A DNA stretch of 64,000 nt. It comes from a virus. Taxonomy: Duplodnaviria; Caudoviricetes. The position numbers and the translations under genes are program-made. Below the pieces are notes generated by a model. That model made no database searches and had not been told where the DNA came from. It saw only the letters and a program-made list of their open reading frames with translations. Within the stretch, counting starts at the first letter, position 1. Every line of letters starts with the position of its first letter. Below are positions 41,896 through 51,049 of the stretch, in pieces. The stretch lies in IMG/VR virus record IMGVR_UViG_3300033072_000306, positions 1 to 64,000 of that record, one strand, 5' to 3'.

Positions 41896-43086
41896 TCACT
41901 CATATTTCACTCCTAAAGGTTTTAATCTGTCCTCAATAACATTTGGTACATGTTCTGGGTACTCTCTCATTTTAGCACAACGATAGTAAAGATTGAGCAT
42001 TGCTAGTGGCGTAGCTTTATGTGTCACACCAAAACAATCTTCATACTCAAAACTCTCAGGAAGATGTTTTTTAAAGAAGTCTAATACTCCTTGCCACAAA
42101 TCTTTTCTTGTTTCAAACTTCATCAAGTATTTCTCACAACCTTTATAACCAAAAGACTTCAAATTCCCAAAACGCTTCATCATATCTTTAGCAGAATAAT
42201 TATCGGCTGTATCTCCACAGATGCTCTGGTAACACAAAAACATGTCTCCATGCCCTAACATCTTATCACTACCACCAGAAGTCTTTGTAGCCTTAATCCA
42301 ACCAAGTCTATTCTTCTCTGTGTCCTCAAACCACTCTGGAGAGTCGTGATGCCCAACGATATATAACCCACCGATTCCCTCACAATTATAGTCCTTATCA
42401 ATTCCATGTATATAGGATACGATATTTCGTTTATCTAGAGAGTGTTTTGTTATTGTAATGCTATCATCAGCTTCCTCAAACACAGACCAATGTGACATCC
42501 AATTTTCGTGTAACCACTTCTTAATTTCAGGTAGGTCAGAAGGAATCCACCCTTTCTCTCGTTGTCCTTTATAGTTAAAATGGTCTTTGTCGTTTAGTTT
42601 AGGTAAAGGTAATTCGTCCCTATGGTTTCCTGTGCTACCTAAAAAGATGATAACTTTAGTGGCTTTTGTTTCAGAAATAGCTTTATAAATCTTTTTACGA
42701 ATTGTCCCTTTTGCTTTCATCAACGAGCCTTCCAACATATAGTGTTTTTTAACACCGCAATTAGGAATATATTCGACACCTTTTTCTTGACAAAACTTCT
42801 TAACACCAGTGTAGCAATCTTCAAAACTGATGATTTCACCATTATACTCAAACTCAACACTACGTACCATTTCATTAGATGTTGCAGAGAATGCTAACCA
42901 ATCACCATCAATAATTAAGACAATATCATCATCATTGATTACTGAAGTATCAAAAGGTTTCCACTTAGTTGAATTTCTTTTTTCATTGAATTTCTTAACA
43001 CATAGAACATCTTCATTCGTAATCTTTGCTTTTGGTTTTACATCTTTCCCAAACTTTGTTTCATAGAAGTTAAACGTCATTATCAC
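41896..43086 (-). CDS. 5'-3' exonuclease (T7 gp6/FEN-like)
   Basis: IDGD, NYKGQR, EEADD, IDKD, GDTADN. Confidence 0.88.
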   Translation of the reverse strand: MIMTFNFYETKFGKDVKPKAKITNEDVLCVKKFNEKRNSTKWKPFDTSVINDDDIVLIIDGDWLAFSATSNEMVRSVEFEYNGEIISFEDCYTGVKKFCQEKGVEYIPNCGVKKHYMLEGSLMKAKGTIRKKIYKAISETKATKVIIFLGSTGNHRDELPLPKLNDKDHFNYKGQREKGWIPSDLPEIKKWLHENWMSHWSVFEEADDSITITKHSLDKRNIVSYIHGIDKDYNCEGIGGLYIVGHHDSPEWFEDTEKNRLGWIKATKTSGGSDKMLGHGDMFLCYQSICGDTADNYSAKDMMKRFGNLKSFGYKGCEKYLMKFETRKDLWQGVLDFFKKHLPESFEYEDCFGVTHKATPLAMLNLYYRCAKMREYPEHVPNVIEDRLKPLGVKYE

Positions 43087-43149
43087 TCTTCCTATTCATA
43101 TACTACCCCTCTACATATACTCTTTAAAATTATCAAACCACTAAAACGG

Positions 43150-43186
43150 AAAAAGGCGTACAACCCATAAGGTTGAACACCGTTAT
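43150..43186 (-). terminator. intrinsic terminator
   Basis: GGTGTTCAACC-TTAT-GGGTTGTACGCC-TTTTT. Confidence 0.65.
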
Positions 43187-43823
43187 TAATAGTAGCAGTG
43201 GTATTTATAATTCAACCTTTTCTACTTTGTAATTCAAATACACCGTTAAGATAGCAAAAATCACCCACAAGGTTGCATACACTGAAAACACCCAAATAGG
43301 TAGTCCAAAATAACCAACCATCATATACACTGCAGGCAACCACAAGATATTCATTCGTGGAGGTAGATGCTTATTGTGCAAGTATTTAACTTTACTCATT
43401 TCTTAATCAACTCCTCAACAACATTTCGTAAATACAACAACCCTTCAAAATCTAAGTCATGTACAAGATTAACAATATAATCAATATCGACAAAATTACT
43501 GCTGGTATCGATTAAAGAAATATTCTTAGAAAGAGTTAAGATTTCTTCAGAAGATTTTTCAGATAACATATCACTCTCCTTAATTAATAATAACTACTTT
43601 CTCTGCGTCAATCTCATATTCTGAAACAAAAGCTTCATCGTAAATCTGATCAACATAATATTCAGAATCATCACGATCTATATAGAATACTTCTGCTGTA
43701 TTTGACACAACTTGATAACCATTACCTTCATCACCTAGTGGATAGATGATACGGCAATCTAACAATGATTTATCTTTTTCAACTAACTTGTTTAAAGCTT
43801 CTAAATAATCTTTTAGTAACATA

Positions 43824-44138
43824 TCAACCACCTTGTTCCTTAATAACCTCTAACATATCAACAGTAGAAGTGAGGGTATTAATAACACCATCAAAATCAC
43901 CACTATCAACAACACTTACCAACTCTTTAAACTTCTTAGTAGATAATCCAAAAGTTTCCTTAGCAACAATCTTCAAGTCTTCATTGAGATTCTTAGCACG
44001 ACTCTTCTGTTGTTCCAACTCAATTGAGAATCGCTTTAACTCCTTAACTAAAGCCTCACGTTTCTCTTTAGAAATCATAATCTCATCTAATGCAATACGA
44101 TCTGATTCTGCTACTGGTTTACGTCCAGCGTTACTCAT
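43824..44138 (-). CDS. DsbA/GapR-like dsDNA-binding protein
   Basis: Helical E.K...E..K......K.TFGL..K.F..LV pattern. Confidence 0.55.
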   Translation of the reverse strand: MSNAGRKPVAESDRIALDEIMISKEKREALVKELKRFSIELEQQKSRAKNLNEDLKIVAKETFGLSTKKFKELVSVVDSGDFDGVINTLTSTVDMLEVIKEQGG

Positions 44139-44706
44139 AATTTATTCTCCAATTCTTTCATTTCAAGTTCTTTCCAAAGTTTATCTAAGTCCAACACTGG
44201 AGCATCTTTCTTAGCATCCTTTAACATCATTTCAAGGTTCTCAATAAGCTCCTCTTTAGTTTCACCAGAGGGTTCTATAAATCTTTCTGTTGTTAACCAC
44301 AAGTCACCTTTATCGTTGTAGTAGGCTTCTGTCAACCCATACTCAATTTCCTCAACACCGTTGAATACATGTCGTTTAAATCCAATGCGATAATTCCAAT
44401 GTGACATTAAACATACTCCCAAGACTTAACTACAACTGTTTTCTCAACTGGTCTCACCTCTGACAATTCAACACCTTTATCATCTTCGATGTGAGGGTAG
44501 TAGTAATCAGAGTAATAACTTCCAGAACGAGAGATTTCATACTTATAGTATTTACCAGACTCATTGTTCATCACCACACAGGCTTGATATTCATATTTAC
44601 CAGATGAAACCCAATCTCCTTCCTCAATCATTGTCCAAAGATAATCTTCAGAGAACTTTTCAGGTGATTCTTCAACCTCTTCAAAATCTTCTAAATTTAA
44701 AAACAT
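44135..44706 (-). other. hypothetical CDSs 44135-44422 (WNYR...EAYY) and 44407-44706 (acidic); also 43205-43399, 43580-43831
   Basis: ORF track. Confidence 0.6.
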
Positions 44707-44722
44707 AATACATCTTCTCCAA

Positions 44723-45049
44723 TTATTTACGTTTAGTTTGTTTGTTACGTTCTCGATAATACCTTTCTACTTTAGGACGTATCTTATCATACATCTTACC
44801 AAAACATTGTGGATACTGTCTATCCATAACATCAATTAAAGACCTATAAATCGCCATAAGCTCCTCTTCAGAAGCATCGTCATGCTCACCTAACCACAAC
44901 CCCTTACGGAACGCTGAACGCACTTGAGAGGCTAATGGAGTGAATGTAAATCTACGATGGTCTAAGTCTTTTTCTTCTGGTTTAGGTGTGCCATGACTTT
45001 GATCCCATTTCGTAAAGGGTAAGATATTACCATACTCATCTGTTGCCAT
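44723..45049 (-). CDS. hypothetical 108-aa protein with basic C-terminus
   Basis: ATG at 45049 after AAGGAGAG. Confidence 0.75.
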   Translation of the reverse strand: MATDEYGNILPFTKWDQSHGTPKPEEKDLDHRRFTFTPLASQVRSAFRKGLWLGEHDDASEEELMAIYRSLIDVMDRQYPQCFGKMYDKIRPKVERYYRERNKQTKRK

Positions 45050-45067
45050 ATTTTCTCTCCTTAAATT

Positions 45068-45654
45068 TAAAATTAACAATGACAACGTGCGAATAGTTGC
45101 ATTCAGTGGCTCTGCTTCTCTTGTACTTCGATACTACCTGTGTCGCCCACAGACGTATTATGAATAATACAACATTGTTAATTTTAGATAGTGTTCACCC
45201 TGTAACGACATTGCAAATAGTTACACAAACAGTCTATGCATATACTCACTGGATATACTTTCAACAACTGAATGAACCAAATTGAAGTAATGAACACTAT
45301 CTAAAATTAATATCGCCTTTTACCGACACAGATAAGGCTGATCTGCTTTTTATTATGTCTGAATGATTATTTTCAACCTTAGCAGAGGTTGCCCATGAAG
45401 AATGTACTCTACTTTTATATATGACTAAGGAGGTAGCAGTGATACACACTACAAAGTCTTCGAGTATTTAACATGTAATTGGCGTTACACATTAAACCAA
45501 GCCTAAGCTCTTTAAACTAAACCTAAGCTCTGTACAAACGCCATCATTCTAATGGCATACTTAAAATTAACTTTAGTAGAATGTTTGTGAGTTGGACTTG
45601 GTATCCTTAGCGAAATCTATTCACACAGCGACAAACATTCTACTAAAGTTAATT
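45068..45654 (-). ncRNA. putative structured RNA or array of RNAs downstream of tRNA-Arg
   Basis: Perfect inverted repeats of 14, 20 and 24 bp enclosing small hairpins; 20-nt tandem repeat; no credible sense ORF. Confidence 0.6.
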
Positions 45655-45730
45655 GGTGAGCCGTGAGGAACTTGAATCCCCATACCTCGAAGTAGAATTT
45701 CGATGCATTATCCAATTATGCTAACGACCC
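45654..45730 (-). tRNA. tRNA-Arg (UCU) with encoded CCA
   Basis: Cloverleaf GGGTCGT/ACGGCTC acceptor, GCAT/ATGC D stem, TCGAA-ATTCTAC-TTCGA anticodon arm, GGGGA-TTCAAGT-TCCTC T arm. Confidence 0.9.
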
Positions 45731-45815
45731 ATTTAACAATGAGAGCACCCTAGAACACTCTCACGAATTTTTATTTAACTAAATGCATACTTGTATGTCA
45801 CTGTCTATTTATAGA

Positions 45816-46439
45816 CTACCACTGATCATCTTCATTCTCTTGAGAATCTTCTGCAACTACAGCAGTCTCTTGAGCTTTAGCATTAGGATTTTCAGCTAAT
45901 GATTTAACTTTACCTAAAGCACTAAACTTCTCAGTTACATCCCCACCTTTAGAGACATATTCATCAAGCTCTTCAACTTTGATAGCAACAAGATTAGCAA
46001 ACTTACCGTACTTGTTTTCGTTGATCTCATATTGAGCAACACCTTTACTACCATTACCAACAAGCTTAGTGAAAGTAATATCTTCAAGCTCACCATCAAC
46101 TTCTTGCAATACTCGTGGGCGGTATTTATCAGCGATTGGAACACGAACACCATCTTTCTCGTAAGATTCATTTTTCTTCAATTTAATGAAGAACTGCTCA
46201 TCTGTACCGATTGCATTTGTTTCACCGAACTTCTCAACGAAATCATCGTAATCCATTTCTTTAGGTTTGTTCTTAGGAAATTCCTTACCCCAAGCTTTAG
46301 CTGTTGCTTTATCGACATGAAGATCAACAACATACTCATTACCATCTTCAGGGTTAAACTTTGGTGACGGGTTTTGAATCTTTGTGTAATAAAAACCAAC
46401 ACCTTCGATTACTTGAGCTTCTGTATTTAACTTTGACAT
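45816..46439 (-). CDS. single-stranded DNA-binding protein (T7 gp2.5-like)
   Basis: OB-fold pattern, VGNGSKG, acidic tail ending in an aromatic residue (DDQW). Confidence 0.75.
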   Translation of the reverse strand: MSKLNTEAQVIEGVGFYYTKIQNPSPKFNPEDGNEYVVDLHVDKATAKAWGKEFPKNKPKEMDYDDFVEKFGETNAIGTDEQFFIKLKKNESYEKDGVRVPIADKYRPRVLQEVDGELEDITFTKLVGNGSKGVAQYEINENKYGKFANLVAIKVEELDEYVSKGGDVTEKFSALGKVKSLAENPNAKAQETAVVAEDSQENEDDQW

Positions 46440-46592
46440 ATTTAAATTGTTTCCTTATTTAGTTTGTATAATGAATGTCATTAACATTCTTGCATTTGCT
46501 ACAATAGTTGGAAGTAACTTACATCTCCAAATATTAATGTGTATCTAAACATTAATTAAAAATTAAATTTAATTGCTGTCTTGATGTTGTGT

Positions 46593-46621
46593 ATTCTATT
46601 AAAACCTAAAGGTCTAAGCAA
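46593..46621 (-). promoter_or_regulatory. sigma70-type promoter for SSB-tRNA-RNA unit
   Basis: TTGCTT-17nt-TAGAAT. Confidence 0.65.
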
Positions 46622-46904
46622 TAGGTTTTTTAAGAATGTTTGTATCTCGTTTGTAACTGTTAAGTTACACCTTTGTAAACGCTATTTATATTAGCTCTTA
46701 CTCTCAGAATCAGTTTCAAAATACTCTATAGGGTTATCTTGAATATCCTTCTTCAAAGTGCTAATAAACTCCGATAAAGCATAGTCACAAAGTTTTGATG
46801 CATATTCACCAAGAATAGCACTAAACTCCTCATGCTTCTCCTCTGCAACGTATGACAACAAACGCTTAATATCTGAAATTAATACTTCACTTTCTTTTGA
46901 CATT

Positions 46905-47642
46905 CTAACTCTCCTGATTACTCTTTAGCTCTTCAATCATAAGCTCAATAGCTTTCTTCATAGTTTCTTGATTACCCCAATAGACAGCATCAATGAACAT
47001 ATACTTGTTACCAACCCAATGAGATTTAACTTTCTCAACTAAAGATTGAAACTCTAAAGAATCTGACAACTGATCTACAAAAGATGGTAAATCATTATCA
47101 ATAGAGTAGTTAATATACCATAAAGCTTTCTTCAACTCTTGCAAATCTTCATCTTTCTTTCCACAACGCCAAACATACTTAACAGCATTACTAATACAAG
47201 CTGGTAGTAAAGATGTAACCTCAATAGCTTCAACACTACAATCATCGGATGTATAGTGCTTAGGGTGATTAACAGTGTCCGCTACAATGTGTACAGCATC
47301 ATCTAGATTATTCACATTTCGTTTCCACACAAGTTTCCCATACTCCTTAACATATTTTTTAATTTCTTGATATGTTGGAAAATCGCTATTTACATTATCA
47401 CTCCAATAAGCGTATGACCATGTATCTTCTAAATCCTTTGTATAGAAAATCAAATCCTTTGTTCCCTCTGGATCACTTCCATCAAAGTAGTAACACTCGT
47501 CAGCTTCCTCTGGAATTTTAATCCAATCAATTCCTCGTGGTTGTCCGCCATCTAAACACTTAAAAGTTTTCTTGTTAATGTATAAATCGTTATTCAAAGT
47601 CGTACTCCCATCCATTCTGATTATGAACACTATATTCACCAA
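46905..47642 (-). CDS. DUF3310 (SaV-like) domain fusion protein
   Basis: VNHPKHY...EAIE...NAVKY.WRCGKK...L.KA.WY. Confidence 0.8.
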   Translation of the reverse strand: MVNIVFIIRMDGSTTLNNDLYINKKTFKCLDGGQPRGIDWIKIPEEADECYYFDGSDPEGTKDLIFYTKDLEDTWSYAYWSDNVNSDFPTYQEIKKYVKEYGKLVWKRNVNNLDDAVHIVADTVNHPKHYTSDDCSVEAIEVTSLLPACISNAVKYVWRCGKKDEDLQELKKALWYINYSIDNDLPSFVDQLSDSLEFQSLVEKVKSHWVGNKYMFIDAVYWGNQETMKKAIELMIEELKSNQES

Positions 47643-47767
47643 GTTTTACAGATAATCTATGCAACTCACAAACCTCTTGATAACTCAAAGGCTCTTCTGA
47701 ATCCAATAAATCACGAATACGACATTCAACATCTTCTACAGTTTTACTCATTAGTAATCTCCTAAAA

Positions 47768-48016
47768 TTAATACTCACCAATTTGTTGCTTAAACAACCT
47801 TAGTGCTTGTTGGTATGATAACTCACCCTTATCACTTAAACAATACCCTTTGACAATATTTAGTGAAGTTTCTTTATCACCAACCTCACAACTCCATATT
47901 AAAGAGTATTTCTTAGATAACTTCTTAGCAAGAGTTAATGATAATCCCTCATCAACAATGAAAGCTTCCTTGCTCTCAGAGTTGATTACGAATATGTTGT
48001 ATAGTATCTTAGTTAT
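47768..48016 (-). CDS. 82-aa ORF with apparent ATA start (or start-codon pseudogene)
   Basis: GGAG-7nt-ATA, in-frame TAA just upstream, fills the gap exactly. Confidence 0.5.
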   Translation of the reverse strand: MTKILYNIFVINSESKEAFIVDEGLSLTLAKKLSKKYSLIWSCEVGDKETSLNIVKGYCLSDKGELSYQQALRLFKQQIGEY

Positions 48017-48945
48017 AAATTGTCTCCTTTAGTGGCATAGTTAAACAATTGCACAAACTCCTCTTTGTCGATATAAGAAAAACATTCAGTATATCCTTGA
48101 AAGTCGTTCTTTGGAGAATATTTGAAATCTAAGAATAAGTTGTGCATAAGTCTTTCCATATTATAAATAACCTTTGCAGATTTATGAAAACAATACTCCA
48201 GTAATTCAACTTTGTATCCAGATGTCCTTGAAATCTCACGCACCCTATCTGCTATGTCTTTAGATATTCCTATTTTATAAAACATTTCATCTCTGCTAGA
48301 TAGTTTCAATAAGTATAAATTACTACCATTTGGGCATACCTTTTCATAATCACTCGCACTATATCCACCACTGATTTTGCCACATTCAGGACAACCATTT
48401 CCAGCTAAATGATAATAAGGAATCTGCTCGAAATTTCCATGTTCCTTGCAACCAATTTTAATAGGATTCCTACATCCAGTATATTCTACATTAGAGTAAT
48501 TATACGTGTTACCATGTTTTAGTGTCGCCTTAGAAATGAAATCTTCCAGACAATCTCTACCTCTAAGATTCCTATTCTCGTCTGAACACCTCTCACAATG
48601 ATGCCCTCTGCTCAGAATCCAGTTGGGTTTAGTTTTGTATTTGCCATGTTTTACGCATTCTACTTCTGTATAATCCAACGACTTAGTATACTTAAAATCA
48701 CAGAAAGAAAACAGGTTAGACTGTTCTCCATGCTTTTCTTCAAACACTCTTTTAAAGTATTCTGTCTTATCACCACAAACACTTTTGAAACCAACTTTAC
48801 ATCCTTTAGCGAGATTTGTTCGTGTAATCTTATGTGTAAATCCGAATGAATCCTCGACAAATATGTAAGGATTCTTCTCTAAGATATATCTGTACCCCAT
48901 AGAAGCACAGATACCCTTATAATCATATTTAATCTTATTAGCCAA
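48013..48945 (-). CDS. free-standing homing endonuclease-like protein (DUF723-type Zn repeats + GIY-YIG/T5orf172-like domain)
   Basis: C..HG repeats, GCPEC, LYLL...YKIGIS...R...E; TTG start after AAGGAG. Confidence 0.75.
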   Translation of the reverse strand: MANKIKYDYKGICASMGYRYILEKNPYIFVEDSFGFTHKITRTNLAKGCKVGFKSVCGDKTEYFKRVFEEKHGEQSNLFSFCDFKYTKSLDYTEVECVKHGKYKTKPNWILSRGHHCERCSDENRNLRGRDCLEDFISKATLKHGNTYNYSNVEYTGCRNPIKIGCKEHGNFEQIPYYHLAGNGCPECGKISGGYSASDYEKVCPNGSNLYLLKLSSRDEMFYKIGISKDIADRVREISRTSGYKVELLEYCFHKSAKVIYNMERLMHNLFLDFKYSPKNDFQGYTECFSYIDKEEFVQLFNYATKGDNL

Positions 48946-48958
48946 TTTATCTCCTTTA

Positions 48959-50980
48959 TTAGTGAATTTCGCTATATTTTGTTCCGAACTGTGTATCACA
49001 ACCAAATTGAATATCAACTTTCAATGTTTTATTTACCATATCTAATGCCTCCTGAAAAATATCTTTCACATATTCATCTGTAAGTGATTGATATTCTTGA
49101 AGATTTTCGTCATGCATTGACATGCACAATTTAAGTTCATCCTTAATTCCATCTCTAACCTTAATGTTGTCGATACATTTCAGCCATAAATCCAGCAAGT
49201 ATGAGCCAGAACCCTGCACAAGCGTTGAGTAGGCATCATGCTCTTTCTTTAAGTAGTACCACATTTTACTATATGGATTCCATTGGTACATGCCATGTGA
49301 AACAGTCTTACGAATCTGATCGTCAGCAATAGCCTTGATACTCCAGTTAAGTTTTTTATAAGCCTTAAAAATTACCCTCGCTTCCTTTTCAGAAATCTTA
49401 GCAGTACGGGCTAGAGTTGGAACACCACAATTATATTGTAGAGCATATCCACAGTTTTTACCTATGCCACGCTTTTTGCTGATTACTTTAATCAAGGCAT
49501 TCTTTTCTTCATCAGACATATTAAGCATCTTACTTAGTCCATCAGTAAGAGGGTAGTCTTCTTTAGGAAACCCTTTGCTTTCAATCTTAAAGAAATTCAA
49601 TTCGTCTTGTGTAATCAAGCCACCGACTTTAGCCAAAGCAAGGTGTGGGTCATAGTCTTTACTTTGTTGTGAGTACACATAATCTGGATCATACGGCATC
49701 TGATAATTGAAGCTCCACAAGTTCTCCATAGAGCTTAAATCACTACAAACGAATCGCTTACCTTCACGAGCAATAATACATCCACGAACATCCTCACCAT
49801 AGGCTACACGAGATGATGGCAGGTTCACACAAGGTTTACGATGCTTTAGGCGTAGTGTATTTGTAAACCCTTTAGCACCAGCTTCAATGTATTCACCAAA
49901 AATTAGGCTGTCTAAGAAACCTTGAATACTTCCTTTACGATGCTTAACTACACCTAATCCAACAAGAGCTTGAACCTCCTCTGTCTCATCAGCCAGTTTT
50001 TCAATACTTGGACACAACATTCCACCACTTTGAGGAATATAGATTTGAGGAATCTTTCTCTCACTTCCATCCTCGTTTTTGTCATACTTGAATGTTTCAG
50101 GAATCCACCCTAAAGAGAATAGCCAATCTTTAATCTGTTGTGGTGATTGAGGATTTGGTTCATCATAAGACTTGACAGTTTTAATCTCACCATCGAAATC
50201 AAAATCCACTTTAGCCTTTTCAGTAAGCTCTTTCCACTTGATTCCTGTTGCAGATAAACTTCCATCTTTCTTAAATGGTTTTGCTGGTTTAGTGCTTTTA
50301 CTGTAAACAGGAACTTTCGGCATGACACTTTTAAGAAGCTCTGTTTTCTCATCAATAAGAATACTAAACTCTTCAATAAGCTCTTTTGCTCTTGGAACAT
50401 CAATACGTAATCGAGTGTTTTGTTGTTCAGCAAGTTGCTCCATCTTAAAGTTTAAATATTTAACAACTCGATGTGTGCAAAATTCATAGTCCGACATTTC
50501 ACCATAAAGCTCTTCAAATCTTGCCTTGAGTTTTTTATATGTGTACTCTTGGATTTTTACATCTTCTTGAACACGGTTATCGTAATCATCTTGTGTTAAA
50601 TTTTCCCAATCATTAATAACAGGTTTAGGTACACCAGCTTCAATACCATAGTCTTCAAGACCATGCTTTGCACGATTTAAGTCTAAGTACCAAGATAATG
50701 CTAATGTATCTACAAAATGAATCTTACTTACATCATATCCAAAATGAATCAAGGCATTCTTGTCGTAGCAAATACCATTGTGCATAATCAATATGATTTC
50801 ACGATTTAGAAATTTACCAAGCGTCTCTTTTTCTTTTTCAGTGTTAGCGTGTAGAGTCCACATTTCTCCTGTTTCAACAGATTTAGCACAAAAGTTGTGT
50901 AGCTTTGCTTTGTCTCCCTGCTCAATTAGGTGGTGAAGCAAACCACTCGATTCTAAGTCAGCATTGTATATTTTACACAA
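48959..50980 (-). CDS. family A DNA polymerase (T7-like) with 3'-5' exonuclease
   Basis: DLESSGL, HN...YD, SDLSSME (motif A), R...K...Y...Y (B), HDE (C). Confidence 0.95.
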   Translation of the reverse strand: MCKIYNADLESSGLLHHLIEQGDKAKLHNFCAKSVETGEMWTLHANTEKEKETLGKFLNREIILIMHNGICYDKNALIHFGYDVSKIHFVDTLALSWYLDLNRAKHGLEDYGIEAGVPKPVINDWENLTQDDYDNRVQEDVKIQEYTYKKLKARFEELYGEMSDYEFCTHRVVKYLNFKMEQLAEQQNTRLRIDVPRAKELIEEFSILIDEKTELLKSVMPKVPVYSKSTKPAKPFKKDGSLSATGIKWKELTEKAKVDFDFDGEIKTVKSYDEPNPQSPQQIKDWLFSLGWIPETFKYDKNEDGSERKIPQIYIPQSGGMLCPSIEKLADETEEVQALVGLGVVKHRKGSIQGFLDSLIFGEYIEAGAKGFTNTLRLKHRKPCVNLPSSRVAYGEDVRGCIIAREGKRFVCSDLSSMENLWSFNYQMPYDPDYVYSQQSKDYDPHLALAKVGGLITQDELNFFKIESKGFPKEDYPLTDGLSKMLNMSDEEKNALIKVISKKRGIGKNCGYALQYNCGVPTLARTAKISEKEARVIFKAYKKLNWSIKAIADDQIRKTVSHGMYQWNPYSKMWYYLKKEHDAYSTLVQGSGSYLLDLWLKCIDNIKVRDGIKDELKLCMSMHDENLQEYQSLTDEYVKDIFQEALDMVNKTLKVDIQFGCDTQFGTKYSEIH

Positions 50981-51008
50981 ACCCTATATCTCCATAAAAA
51001 TTTAAAAC

Positions 51009-51043
51009 ATTATACAAAAGATAAAGGGTCTACACAAGACCCT
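51009..51043 (-). promoter_or_regulatory. terminator hairpin with embedded promoter
   Basis: AGGGTCT-TGTGT-AGACCCT-TT; TTGTGT-17nt-TATAAT. Confidence 0.6.
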
Positions 51044-51049
51044 CACCAA

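Noticed and set aside
45156-45183. pdif/XerCD-like site or integron attC (AATTAAC...GTTAATT ends)
   Set aside because: XerC arm does not match; ends deviate from RYYYAAC/GTTRRRY, stems lack extrahelical bases, and there is no integrase in the window
45531-45560. Partial resemblance to an Acinetobacter type I-F CRISPR repeat (ACGCCAT, GCCATTAGAA), i.e. an RNA anti-CRISPR
   Set aside because: Only 7-10-nt fragments match, in the wrong arrangement; no full 28-nt repeat and no array
45561-45653. Theta/HDV-like ribozyme or tmRNA after the tRNA
   Set aside because: No HDV P1/P3/J4-2 pattern at the tRNA 3' end; no tmRNA termini or tag reading frame
45631-45654. TTCTACTAA resembles a Cas12a direct repeat
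   Set aside because: No local GTAGA to form the repeat stem; the segment is one arm of the 24-bp helix
48959-50980. Intron or intein in DNA polymerase (and in nrdA) suggested by adjacent endonucleases
   Set aside because: Both genes are continuous with all motifs and native C-termini; the endonucleases are downstream and free-standing
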